DNA of 64,000 bases from Minutocellus sp. GHC0000111 (Eukaryota), in contig OZ361257.1 in assembly GCA_977018835.1 (NCBI GenBank), positions 3,534,001 to 3,598,000 on the forward strand, in the 5' to 3' direction. Shown here piece by piece: positions 35,315 to 48,140 of the stretch. Under the pieces are notes generated by a model. That model had not been told where the DNA came from and ran no database searches. It was given only the letters and a program-made list of their open reading frames with translations. Made by a program: the position numbers and the translations under genes. Within the stretch, counting starts at the first letter, position 1; the number at the start of each line of letters is the position of its first letter.

Positions 35315-36631
35315 ATGATTGTTCCGCAATGGCTAATCGTATTGGTTCTCATCGTTGTGTTCGGCTGCGTTGCGCTCGTATCGCGTGACAGCAGTATCTC
35401 CAGAATTCGAGACGATGCGGGCAAAGTAATGGTGTCGACATTCCATCAGTCGCAATCGCCGTCGATGTCGGATACATCGTTCTGCCCGCCCACCTTCCAG
35501 TACAATCCACGAACGGACCGCCTGCGACATTATCATCAGCACAAGGCTGGGGGCAAGACGGTCAATTATATACTGGAGCGAATCAAACCTGCCAGCAATG
35601 ACGGTTCGGACCCATCGCAGGCGCCGCTGTTTACTCGGGCCAACGGGGGAGAGATACACGGCAACCGAAAGAGTCTGCACAAGCACATGCGCAAGGGAGA
35701 AAGCAATGACCGATACGTTACCTTCCTTAGGGAGCCCGCAGCCAAGGTCATGAGTCGGTTCTACTACCACCGGACCATGTGCAATGGAACCAGTTGGATG
35801 ATTCCATGTTACAAATTGGCTGGCGTTTGCTGCCTGACTCTGGAAGATTATGTCGTACAAAGGGCAATGAACAACAACCAGTACGAGTCTCTGGTCGCGG
35901 GAATGCCAAGGGGAAAAGTTTGCTCGCCGAATCATCCGGATCTTCCATTTGAGAAGGATTGGGAAGCAATACGCAGTGGGAAGCTGACTCCAGAAGATAT
36001 TTGTCCAAATGCCGGCTGGGGAGGCTTTGTGGGCCGTGTGGAAGAGATATTACTGGATCTCTCTGACCGTGGAGTGTTCTTTGGTATCGTCGAGGAATGG
36101 GATACCTCCCTCCTCTTGTTGGGTGAAGAGGGTGACTTCGATCTGTCGTCGATGGCATATTGTCACAAGAATGCCAAGGCTGGGTCACCAAAGCCGAGGC
36201 ATTTGGCAGACGGTAGTTGGGGTCCTGGGGGGAAGAAGGCTCTTGCTGTCCTGAGAGAGTACAATGCCTTGGATATTGCCACGTATGAGGCTGCCAGAAG
36301 AATATTCGATCGTAAAATCAAGTGTTGGGAAGACACCTCAAAGATTGAAGCAACAAGCTTGGCTTCTAAAACAAAACATTGGCAAACGGATGCCCTTGCC
36401 TCATTCCAAGAAGAACATTGTGGATCGGGTACGAAACATTTAAATCGCACCTATCGGGCACCGGTATTTGGGATAAGGGATGCGACTGCACTTGCCGACC
36501 CTAACTTTGCAATCCCCTCAGATCTCCGTATAATGACATCGCGGGAAGAGGAGGGTGGAAACAGGACATGTCCTCAGCTTCTTGAAGAATTTGACGAGTG
36601 TCCATTTCCAAAGCCTCTTGAAGCCTGCTAG
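35315..36631 (+). CDS. Type II membrane sulfotransferase
   Basis: N-terminal transmembrane helix; PAPS-binding motifs HQHKAGGKT and TFLREP...SRFYY; GIVEEWDTSLLLL; N.LD..Y. Confidence 0.82.
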   Translation: MIVPQWLIVLVLIVVFGCVALVSRDSSISRIRDDAGKVMVSTFHQSQSPSMSDTSFCPPTFQYNPRTDRLRHYHQHKAGGKTVNYILERIKPASNDGSDPSQAPLFTRANGGEIHGNRKSLHKHMRKGESNDRYVTFLREPAAKVMSRFYYHRTMCNGTSWMIPCYKLAGVCCLTLEDYVVQRAMNNNQYESLVAGMPRGKVCSPNHPDLPFEKDWEAIRSGKLTPEDICPNAGWGGFVGRVEEILLDLSDRGVFFGIVEEWDTSLLLLGEEGDFDLSSMAYCHKNAKAGSPKPRHLADGSWGPGGKKALAVLREYNALDIATYEAARRIFDRKIKCWEDTSKIEATSLASKTKHWQTDALASFQEEHCGSGTKHLNRTYRAPVFGIRDATALADPNFAIPSDLRIMTSREEEGGNRTCPQLLEEFDECPFPKPLEAC

Positions 36632-37003
36632 CAAGTACGATCGTAGGTATACTATTCAGACATAAGGGACACACTTACATGAGTTGATATTATTTGAATT
36701 AAAATTAATTGAGAATAGGCGAGAATTTTATTCCCTTTCGCCTTTTCTGTGTTCGAGTTTGTGAATAATGATCTGCCTTGATGAAAAGGATAGAGATTAT
36801 GCGTGAAAAATGACTTGATTAGCTCGGGGAGTACAACAATCCGAGCAATCTGCCCCTTTTCACTCTCAATATCTCGATCCAAGGCGGGCGTATGAGAGCA
36901 ATTCCTACCGCCAAGTTCGAAAAACGATTCATTCGTCAACGTCTTTAGCAAAAAAGTCAATATGCCCTCTCCGCTCGATCCAGACTTTTGGAAATAATCA
37001 ATT

Positions 37004-40000
37004 TTAAGGAGACTTCCATGACAACAAAAGGTCGCTGCCAAACAGGAGCTTTCGGCGCTCAGTAAGCGACAAGCTTTCGAGCACCTCCGGCCCGTTGGCA
37101 TCAAAAAGACCTGATGTAAAGTCGGCACCTGATATGCCATCATCCAAAAATGTCATACCATTCTGATCTGTCAGTAATTCTCCTAGTGTTGGACCGTTGC
37201 GGACACGGTCGTCAAGCATTGTGTCCCATTCCATGCTCCTTTTTTCAATGGATAAATCATCGCGGGCACCTATTTCTTTCTCCAATAAAAATGCAGCTCC
37301 AATCCTTCGATCCTTCGAAGGATCGCTGTGACAAAAAAGTGTGAATATTTTGCAAGATCCTCCGCGAACATAAACTTGGCGCGGATCAGGACATTGCGTG
37401 CCGTATCGGCAGGTTGAGTTCGGCACCGGAATCAAAGCTTTCCATAGTTGGGATCGGCATTGGAACATCGCAATTCGAGTGAATACGTGTCGATCTTTTT
37501 GACATCATCCAATCTTAGTAGATTGCTTTTGAGCGTCGTCGCGGCGACACGGGCGTACTCGCCGACAATTGAATAAACATCATCGTTGCTCACGACAGCC
37601 GGGCTCGTGAGACGCATTTCCATCCCATCGATGAAGGCTTGGACTCCAGGAACGACCCACTTCTGCATCAATTCGAGGCGTAACGTTTCCAAAAAGCTAT
37701 CTCCATACTGAGGAGTGAACTTGGTGGCAAAGATGAGGTGTTGATCGGCCCTTTCCAGGTCAAACATGGGGGAGAACGGATTGAGGTGGACGCGCGCGCC
37801 TTCGCCCCAAACCTCTCCACTCTTAAGCACTGCGCGGAGTGATTGTCTCAGGGCACGGAGTTGCGCATCTTCGCCTTCTCGGTGGCGAAGCTGTACAAGT
37901 GCCGCCCACAAACGGCCGGTGCCAGTGTGGATCTTGAGAGCATCGCAGGCGACCCGCGCAGCTCGATTGTACATCTTGCACCTGATCTCGACGTTGACGC
38001 TCTCAAGCCATATCTTCCAGTCTGACGATGCATCGTTCCGCGCCTTGCAGAGGATGGCCCTAGCAAGTTCCATGTTCCCAACGAATTCCTCAAGTCTGGC
38101 GTGTTCGAGGAAGACCGCCGAGCGGCCCTTTTCGGGCACGTTGTCTGAAGCGCGGCGGAACAAAGTCCTGGCAACGTCGAATCGGCCTGCTGTGAGCTCC
38201 ATCTTGCCGCCAGCGAGCCAAACCTTCCACACAAGATTCGGTGGACAAGACACGGCCGCCTTGGCAAAGCGAGTTCGACTACGTGTGAGATGATCATCGA
38301 GTTTCTCGTTGGGATTTGCTTCACAGAACATTACGGCCGCCCTCTCCATAGCCTGGGCTGCCTCGAGGTGAACCTTCCAGAGTAGCTCGCGGCTGATACT
38401 ACTCTGAGCCCGCGCAATCATTTTCATAGTCCGGGGTAGGTCGAACGATCCCTCGTCGAGATCCATTCCCTCGCATAGACGAAAGGCTCCGAACCAAAGC
38501 GGACCGTACCTGGGAATTTCTCTGAGGCCACGCTCTACAATGGCTAGAGCCTCATCTGGATTGTCGGTGTCGCGCTCCAGCTTGTAGGCTTCGAGATAAA
38601 GTGGCCCATACCACGGCACATGGTGCATTAAGTCTGTAACAAATGAAGGGTTGTGAATAAGGAGGGAGGATAATTTGGCCCAAGTCAGACAGATGATTTT
38701 TTACCAGGGTACGATCGTAGGGAATAAATAAATGAAAAAAAATAACTCACATTTCAGGAGTCGCCTCGCCACTGTAGGGTTGCCAGATCTCGCTTCGAAG
38801 AGAGCGCCCTCCAAAACGGTACGCCAAACTTTCTCGATTCCAGGTGCGTGCTTGAGCCGAGCCAGGAGACTCCGAGCACCGGGAAGATTCCCGGTCTTCT
38901 CCTCGTGCTTAATGGTCCTTGTCATCAAGCTTTCGTTGAATTCGCAATAACGAAGGCCCGTATAGAGCAACCTTTGACATTTCGGAAGATCTCCGCATTC
39001 TTCTTCCAGCTTGCTGTACTCCAGCCAACCCTGGGGTGTGTATGGTTGTAGCTCGCAGACCTTTGCGTAGAGCGAGCGGGCTGCATTGCTTTTATTGGAT
39101 CGCTTGGCAAGATCTGCCAATTCCAAATAAACGCGCCAATGGACACTCCCGGGCAAAGGCGTACCGTCGGCGGCACCTTCAAGGACACTCATTGCGAATT
39201 GCTGAGCCTCCGAAAGAGATGTTCGCTCTAGAGCATGAAATTTGCGATAAAATTCTTTGAAAGCGAGCTTGGTTTGTGGGTTCTCGTTGAGCTCGGCCTT
39301 CTTTTGCTCGCCAGGATCGGATGGTTTCGACGTACCATCGGCATCATCGCGGTGTGGCTGCTGTTGCTGCTTCTTACCCTTCCTTGGCGAGTCAGGGGAA
39401 TCGTCGGGGACAGCCTTGCCCTTTTTGGAAGTTTTGGCCTTTTGGCCTCGGGCGATGTCACGAGCTGCTGCTCCTTGAAGGCTCGAAGCTGCAACTCCAT
39501 CACCATTATCATCATCCTCATCCTTACTCTTACTTCTGGCACCATTATCATCATCCTCATCCTTACTCTTACTTCTGGCAATCATTTTTTCGGCGCTAGG
39601 ACCAAGTTTGCTATCGTCTCGACTCTGACGGTGTTGTGACTGCTGTTGCGAAGCATGGTAGTCGGAACCGGGATATGTCTGAGGATGGAAAACACCCGCC
39701 TGGGCCGAAAGCGATGGGTCCATCATCATACCATGAGGTGGAACCGGTGATGACGCTGTGACGGGAACTGGTGATGGGGCCACTGGTGGAACTCCAACGG
39801 GTGATGATGAAGAAATTCCGGGAGGCATAACATTGCCCACTCCCGGCAAAGCGCCCCAGCCACCTCCAAACGCTTGCTGCTGTTGAGTAGAAGGCCCTGA
39901 TGACCAGAGGCCGGGGCCAGCTCCACCGATTGGAGGTAGACCAAAATTTTGCCCCGGTCCATTGAACACAGGGACATTTACTGGACTCGGAACCACTTGA

Positions 40001-42007
40001 TTCGCTGGAACGGTAACAGGCGACATGCCATGAGGAGACATGGGAACAGGTGACTGTATTTGGGGCAGAGAAAAGAAGAAGTGCTTATTGTGAGACGAAA
40101 TGATACAATTGCACCAACACATCGAAAGTGAATCGAATCACTCGATGGCAGGAGCACAACTAACTTACCATGATTCCCGACGGCAGCGGAGGCATATTCA
40201 TCGGAGACATTCCCGCCTGTCTAGGATCCTGCATGAACGAGGCACCTGCACCTCCGAGTATGCCAGCTCCTGGCGGGACGGGTGACTGACCGAAGATATT
40301 GGGACTTTGACCTCCCATCCAACCACGGTGGGGACCTGGGTACTGTTGAGGAGGAGCCGCACTCGGCTGCCCGAGCTGTTTGAATTGCTGCTGAAGCTGT
40401 GTCATCTCAGCGTCGGGAGAATCGGACGAGCGAGAACGTTGGTGCTCCTGCTGTCCATATGCCCCACCAACTCCTTCCGAAGAACTAGATTGATCTTGTT
40501 GCAATGGTTGGTAATCAGGCTGCTGATTCTTCGCTGGGGGCGAAAATGCCCCAAAACTAATTTTTGAGGGCCACCCGCATCAGCGCCATAGTGAGCTCTT
40601 CCTTGAGGACTCTGATTTTGCTGCTGCTGTTGCTGCTGATAGTACGGATACACAGAGGACCAATCTTCCAAGCCAGTGCCAACTGCTGCCCCGATGCCTC
40701 GAACCGTGCGAATGGGAGACGGGTCCGCCGACGAAGAGCTTAGGCTCAAGTCCGCGGCTGCGGCGATGGTGCTGCTATCCCCCGGCATCGCCGCCCTTCG
40801 GGGAGAGGCGTGGATGGCGGCCGCCAGAGCGTCCAGGGCGCTGCCGCCGCCATCTGTTGCACCTCGTCCTCGGATTGCGTTCCCCGCCCCAACCGCACGC
40901 TGTGGGCTGGGTTCGATGGTGCCGCCATTGACTGGCCTTACCGTGCCACCAACATTTGTGTCGTTGCTGTCATCGGCATCGGCGTCATCGTCGTCGTCAT
41001 CGTCCATGAGATTATCCAAAGTTCTGGCCAACTGAACCGTTGCAGGAGAGAAGGCATCCCTCGTCCTGCCAGTACTGTCACCAGTGGTGGAAGTATCGGC
41101 TCCACCACCGCTACTCGCTGCTGCTGCCAAGGCGACGCCAGAGGCAGAAGTAGCCGCCGCAGCCGTGTTGGGGGTAACGTAGAGGTTGAGGTGGGGATTT
41201 CGCGCCAAGGCGACGCCTGCCGGTGTGTACATCGGTAGTTTGTTACTGGCCGTACCACCTCGGGGCGCCGTCTGCGGGGGCGCAGCAAAGGCGACGCTAC
41301 CGTCGGCGTTTGGCTTCCGAACGACCACGGGCGTCGTTAAAGCGAGACCACCGGCACCACTTCCGCCGCCAATACCACTATTGCCGTACACGCCACTTCC
41401 ACTGCCATTCCTATCCGAGCCCGAGGCCTTTGGTGTGGGCCCCACGGCTGCACTGGCAGCCCCTCGCGTCCGTCTCGAGGCAGCCGGGGAGCTCAGAGGA
41501 TTCATGTCTGCCCCCGAGCCGGCCGCAGTGGCTGCTGCTGCCAGTGACGCCGTCTGCTGCTGCTGCTGCATCCCGCCTCCTCCCTTGTTCAAGTACTTTC
41601 CTCGAACTCCCTCCCTCGCCTGACTTCGCATCATCCGATCCATCTCGAACGACGACGAGAGCTCCGACTCTTCCGCCTCGTCTTCCAGGCTGCTGTTGCT
41701 GTTGCTGATGATAATATTGTTTCTGATATTGAGACTGGTCGTTCTCCCTCACAAGATCCGGTGGGCCATCGCCCGCCTGCGGTAGGGCACCGCTATTGTT
41801 GGTGCTGGCGTTGCCACTATTTCTGTTGTTGCCGGCATAAGAAGCATATCCTGGCGGGGGCGGCGGCGGCTGCTGCGGCGGGGGCGCCAAATTATTTATT
41901 TTAGCACTTGCATGTGCGGCGCTTGCTGCCCCCGGCGCTGCCCTCGGCCTGCCCACCGCCGACCCCGTCGAACCTCCCGGGGGGTGGGGACGCCGTCGAG
42001 GCTCCAT
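37004..42007 (-). pseudogene. HAT/TPR-repeat protein with long low-complexity N-terminus; four lesions as assembled
   Basis: Introns 40054-40168 and 38634-38750 (RRLLK/YLMHHVPWYGPLY). HAT repeats such as WRVYLELADLAKR, GWLEYSKLEEECG, WKVWLAGG.MEL and KSGEVW.EGAR. Frame changes near 41690 and 40565, in-frame TGA at 37432-37434, 8-bp duplication at 37302-37317. Confidence 0.75.
39501..39578. repeat. Perfect 39-bp tandem duplication (in frame)
   Basis: Two identical copies encoding ARSKSKDEDDDNG on the minus strand. Confidence 0.92.
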
Positions 42008-42305
42008 CTTCTCCGCCTCTCACTTCCTTCCTTCGGCTTGCCGCTGTTTTGTGCCGGCGTGGCCCGCTGATTGCCTCATTTTTGTGCAATTCCGTTGGTG
42101 GGGCAATCGCAACACAAATCGAAAGCATGGGTTTCTTTCTTGCGCAGTGAAGCGTAAAAGAGAAAGAGATATCCACATGCTTTGACTTGAAAAAAGACTT
42201 CATTTTTCGGCATGACTTATGCGATGCCCAGAGGAAAGGAGTACCAGTGAGAATGCATGTAGATTCATTGCATTTAATTTGGCTTAAATACACAAACTGG
42301 GTGCG

Positions 42306-45300
42306 ATGGTGAAGGCTGGTCCCCGCGGCCGCAGAAAAGGCGCAACGAAATCTGCAGAGGAGTCGTTATCATCGTCGGCACCAACAACTCCATCATCGTC
42401 AGCTCCGTCAACTCCATCGAGGGGAGCAGCAGCTAATACTACTGGCGGCACAGGCGCTTGGAAGTCCTACGCTTCCACTATAGGAAAGGTGGCATCGCCC
42501 GCCCGAACAGCGCCAGCGAGCACGGCGGTAGCTGTACCAGCTTCGCCGCAGCCTTCAGCACTAGCGCCAACCAAAAACCCTGAACCCCCGACGCATGCTG
42601 CCATGGCGTCGGTGCCGTCGGCAACGATCAGCGCCCTTGATGAGACGACCGTTCTGGCCAATCGGTTCATCCCGTCGTCTCTCAAGGCGCTCAATCAGGC
42701 TCCGACCTCCTGTACGCTCGTGGCGGGACGGATACCGACTTTGGCGGCGCAGATCGAGCGGCTGTACCAGGACCTCATCCCCCGTGGAATCGAATGTTCA
42801 TGCGAGCACTCTGCATCTGCTGCTGGTGATGCCGATGGCACGCCTAGGAAGAGGCGACTTCATGATTATGACGAGGGTAGTAAGGTCGCAATGGATGTGC
42901 GCAAAATGAAGGAAGAACTCCGTTACGCGCTGTTTTCTAACGAACCGTTGAGCAATATCCTTGACAAGGCGGAAGAATCGCCGTCGTCGCACGAAAATAA
43001 TGAAACCAACAGCAATAATAAGACGGAGAGCGAGAATTACGCACAAGTTATCGGCTCCAAACGAACAAAGAGTGCGATCAGAACAAGAACGAAAGACCTT
43101 GAGGATGTGTCTGCTTATCGTGACAAGTACGAGGGCTTACTGCTATTGGAACGAGACGAGATTCTGCGCTTACATGAACACTTGTCTCAATATCGGGTGC
43201 ATGTGTCACCATTTCCCGGCAATGAAACCGGTAGGAATGGATCAGCGGCCTCCACTTTCCTCTATGCCCGAATTGTGATGCCTGGAATTGCCGACGTGCA
43301 ACCCTCTCTGAGCGTCGGCGACGTCTGTCTAGTCCGCCCGGTTGAACCTCTTCAAATGCCAGCATATCAGAAGGGGGTAAAGATGGTGTACGATCAAAGT
43401 CGGCGGGCGTACGTGCCAAACCCAGTTGAGATCCAGTGCCTAGTCCTTCGTATTGTTCGAGGACGGGCCGGGAATCCGGACGAAGTTGTCATCACGTGGC
43501 TTTTTACTCAGGATGATTCGGCTTTGCAACATGCTTGGTCGTATTACCCTCCCTCTCATCGCTTATACAATGTTCGATTTGTTCCGAGCACTCAACCGAT
43601 TGAGCGTAGTCTCACAGCACTGCATTGGGCATCAAAGCTTCCAAATAGCGTGGCAGATGGCCTTATCTTAGCCCGAGAGGAAGAGGCCCAGCTCGCACTA
43701 CCAAAATATAAGGATGGACACAAGCACAGCAAAGCTGCAGATGGCAAATGCATCGACATTGGACAGTACAGCCTCAATGAGAAGCAGCATGACTTTGTAA
43801 GCATGTGCCTAAGCCGCACTATCCACTCTTCGATGGACCGTGTCCGTGAACCAATGCTCCTCACCGGTCCAGCAGGGGTAGGGAAAACTCGGACATTATA
43901 TGCCGCAATCAATCAAATTTTGGATCTGAATCCAAACAATAGAATTCTTGTGTGTGCTCCGAGCCACACTGCGGCTAACGTTTTGACCCAACGCCTCGGG
44001 GAAAACCTTTCGGAGAAGGAATTGTATCGATTGGTGGACAGCGATAGAGGAAGTGACACCATCCCATTTGCTGTGCTTCGCTTTACTCATCGGGATCAGT
44101 CGGGCGGGGCGTTCGCATTGCCCTCAACAGAAAGGCTTCTACAATTCAGGGTCATTGTTTGTACTTGTTTGGATGCCCACATTTTGTATTCTGCGGGTCT
44201 TACCAACGCTACTCTGCGCACATGGCGGAAATGTTTGAGCAATTCTGTCGAAACGCTCATGCAAAAGTGCCGGCTTTCTTTTGAAGGAGAAGTCCGCGGA
44301 GTAGATGAGCCCCATTTTACCCACTTGTTTATTGACGAAGCAGCTCAGGCAACTGAACCAGAATCCCTGATACCCCTCTCAGTGGTGGTCGACCCGGAGC
44401 CTGGATCCGTCAAAGTTGAGATCGCCTTGGTTGGTGATCCTCGACAATTGGGAGCGCAGGTTTATTCCAGAGCTGCCGCGGGTCGTGGGCTGGGATTTTC
44501 TTTCCTTGAACGACTTCTACAGCGTCCAAATGCAAAGGCTATTGCTGAATCTGAAGAAAAACGAGGGCATGGTCCAATCGACAACATGGACGATCTATTA
44601 GCCTATTACAATGACGACAGGGAACAGAACTCGGTCTTCCTCACTGTGAATTACAGGTGCCGCCCTGAGTTTTTGATGATGCCAAGCACCCTCTTTTATT
44701 TCGATAAATTACAGAGCGCCAAATCAAAGATGATATCTGATCCTGAAATCACGTCCCGCTGGTGCCGAGAACTTCGAATGCTTGAGAAGATGCGGCCGCG
44801 AGTGGAAATGGACGAAGAGGAGGCTGGGGACATGTCTGCCGGCATACCACGAATTTATCGACCTCACAAACAAGAAATGTGGCCAATACATTTCCGTGGA
44901 GTAGTGGGGCGAGATGTTTCTGTTGCGTTGGATAGCTTTGCTGGCACGAACTCATGGTCAAATTTAGACGAAGCCAAAGAAGTTTCTCAAATCGTTATGG
45001 CACTAGCCCAAGATGGTGTGAAACCAGAACAAATTGGTGTAATGTCACCTTTCAGAGGGCAAGTTGTGCAAATCCGAAAGCTTCTTCGTGATGCAGGACT
45101 CGGACAGGTGAATGTCGGAACGATCGAAGATTTCCAGGCAGTAGAATTCGATGCAATTGTGTTATCGTTGACAAGGTCTACACCCACGTTTGTTGATTTC
45201 GACATCAAGCGTCGCGCGGGTGTCTTTGGTCAGCCAAAGAGGAGCAATGTTGCCCTTACTCGTCCAGAACACTTGCTAGTGATAGTCGGAAATCCAAATG

Positions 45301-46148
45301 TCATGGCGAGCTGTCCTATTTGGCGACAGATTCTTTGGTTCTGCCTTCGAAATGGCCTCTAATACGGAGAATCAGGCTCCAAAGGTTGCGCCGGGCTTGA
45401 ATTGACAGATGAGCTTGTCTATTCGACTACAGGTACGGGAGATGTTATCGATGAAACCATTGTCACAGTTGGAACTCTGGAAAAGATATCCCGCACGACG
45501 GAAGCCTTTGATATAGACAGCATCGAGGCTATTGTTGCCAAGGGTGTCTTTACTTCTGGTAATAGCGAGAAAGAGAATGGTGAAAGCAAGGCGCAAGCCG
45601 CCGTACCTGGGACTCCTGCTCGACAAGTGCCTGCGCCTACCGCCGGAAATGGCACGTCGGTCCCTGCTCCAGCCCTCTCCACCACTCAAGGCGGGCGCGG
45701 TAATATGCAGCAGCCGCCTATGCCTTATTCATATCCGCACCCTGCCTACGGACCACCAATGGGCCAAGGAATGCCTCCGCCACAACCGAACATGATGTAT
45801 CCCGGCTCAATTCCTCCAGGGATGATGGGCCGCGGTGGTCCCATGCCAGTGCCTCCTCCAGGACATCCTGCCTTTGGACAAATGCCTTATCCATTTGGTC
45901 CGGGTCCAATGGGTCCACCGCCTCCGGGTATGATGATGGGTGTGCCGCCACCAGGCATGATGATGGAACGAGGAGGAGGACCAATGGCGGCGCCGCCAGG
46001 TCATGGTGGACCTCCACCACCTGGATATATGCAGCCTCTCCCTCTTTTCGGACAAGGACCAATGCCAAATCAACAACCACCAACACCCGGCACACCCAGT
46101 ACAAGTAGTGCTCAGTCTGCTCCAAGGAAGGAAGAGCGGACCGGCTGA
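42306..46148 (+). CDS. Upf1-like SF1 RNA helicase (MOV10/SDE3-like) with in-frame TAA at 45360-45362
   Basis: LNEKQ, GPAGVGKT, ILVCAPSHTAAN, FTHLFIDEAAQATEPE, LVGDPRQL, NYR, IGVMSPFRGQV, VGTIEDFQ, SLTRS, NVALTR, VGNP. The same frame continues after TAA (RNGL*YGESG) to a Pro/Met/Gly-rich tail ending at 46148. Confidence 0.88.
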
Positions 46149-46337
46149 ATTTCTTTCCTTAGAATTATCGCGAAGTAGTACACTCTACTACGTAGCATAT
46201 TGTGAGAATTGGTCTCTATAACTTATTTCATACCTGATAGATTGAAGCTATCGCACTTTAAACTGCGTGCGTATTTTGTACTTCTCGCTGTCCTTCTTGC
46301 TGTATTTGTAGGCATTCGCAAGTAAGGGAGTGCCGAG

Positions 46338-47926
46338 CTATGGAATCTGGTAAACATGCTCCACGGCGGGGCCCTGCATCAGAATATTTCCATCCTTGGC
46401 CTCTCCGGTCTTTCTACGGGAATTGGAAAAGCGCAGCCTGCAGTTGTACAGACGAGCATTCTCCTTGGTACGCATCAGCTCAACCGATCCCTGCAACCGC
46501 GTGGTCTCCCCCTGCAGAAGTGGAATCTTTGACTGAAAGTGCATCACCTGCTGTCCCCAGTGAGTGTAGCCAGCCTCCGGCGCTGTGCTGAGAAAGGCCG
46601 CGTTGATCTTGGGCGCATCGGCGCCACCTTCATCGGTCCTGGACTTGAAGTCCGAAGTGAACCAGCCGGCGATGCCACTGATGCACTCGTCATCGGTGCT
46701 GTCCGCATCAACGTCAAAGTCGAAGGTGGCCATTTCTTCGCCGTGGGCGATACCTCTCGATTCCTCCAGCGTGCAAGTGGTCATGTCGTAATACTTCACC
46801 GCCTTGGGTTCGGCCAATACCTGCGACGCGCCGAGCTCTGCCCAACGGCTTGACAGGAGGTAGTACTCCTTCTGCTCGCGGTCGAAATCCTTACCGAGAA
46901 CACCCATGTCGACTCCATACAAGCTGCGAGTCGATTCCACAAATTCGCTCCAGTCGTCCATGGTGTGGCTGTATTCGTGAACGGACTGCATTCGGTCATC
47001 CTCATCGAACACCGGAGCAACGTACATGGTGCAGTGGGACGGGAACATGAGGCCCGTCTTCTTCTTGAGGTACTTGTCCCTCGCTCGGATGACCGAATCG
47101 AGCATCGATTCTCGAAGGAGGAAGTAGCCCATCCATTCCGACACCATGATGTCCACCACCAGCGTGCTGCCGTCCTCTTCGGCCTCGAGACCATCCTCGG
47201 CGATGGGCAGTTTGATGTCCTCCACAGCACCCTGAATGACGGTAACGATGTCGGACACACCACTGGCCTCCACAACCTGTCGAGCGTGCTTGGCCATGTC
47301 GGTGTATTCGATCGCATACACCTTCTTGGCACCGGCCAGAGCAGCCCAAACCGCCAGAATGCCACTTCCCGTGCCCACATCCATTACGACCTGATCCCAC
47401 ATCCATTACGACCTGATGATCCGTGGTTTAGAAGATGAATATGGTGATATGTGATGTGAGAAATACAAAAACGATGGAAGAATTTTGAAGCGGACGTATT
47501 TTGCATAAGTAGGTGTCTTTCATTATTGGGGAGGGACAACCTATCGCTCACCTTGTCCTTGAACACCTCGGCGTTGCCCATAATGGCCTGGTGGTAGCTG
47601 GCCATGCGATTGTGATCGACGAGCATCTGCTTCTGATGGTACAGCTGAGCATACGAGCAGAAGTAGTTGGCAAAGTCGGTCGCCTTGGCCTTCTCATCGC
47701 CGTCGTAGCTTGGGATCTCCCCGGACTTGGATTGGTTCGCAAATGCCTCGTCGCTCATTTTGTGAGTGGTTCTGGATGTGCGTGTTGGAACAGGAGGAGG
47801 AGAAGAAGAGGATGATGTGCTGATACTTCGACAAGTGGTGGCGGGGACGACGAATGCAGATGAGGAAGATCGAAAGGCAGACGATAGGGTGGGCGCAAAG
47901 CCAATGGTCAGGAGCAGCCGATACAT
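46338..47926 (-). CDS. Protein arginine N-methyltransferase, PRMT10-like
   Basis: Exons 47552-47926 and 46338-47390 (FKDK|VVMDVGTGSG). DFANYFCSYAQLYHQKQML, double-E loop SEWMGYFLLRESM, THW loop. Alternative start at MSDEAF (47758). Confidence 0.9.
47374..47417. repeat. 22-bp tandem duplication spanning the PRMT 3' splice site
   Basis: CCCACATCCATTACGACCTGAT occurs twice (47374-47395 and 47396-47417). Confidence 0.92.
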
Positions 47927-48140
47927 TCACAGCAAGATTCTGTGGCGCGCGCGGGAAAAGTGTGAGAGAGTTTGATTCGACGGTGGTGGCGAGGCCTCGG
48001 CCTCTAGTTCGAACGACGGACAGTCCGAAAACCTTTTGTTCTCTTTCTTTTTCCCATTATTCCCCTTTTGTTTTCCATGTTCCTCCGGCTGCTGCATCAT
48101 TTTTCAACCGACGCTTGGACGCAGGTATCGAAAGGAGAAG

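Noticed and set aside
37432..45362. Global stop-codon reassignment
   Set aside because: Genes in the window terminate normally at TAA or TAG, at least one ends at TGA, and multi-kb ORFs contain no internal stops.
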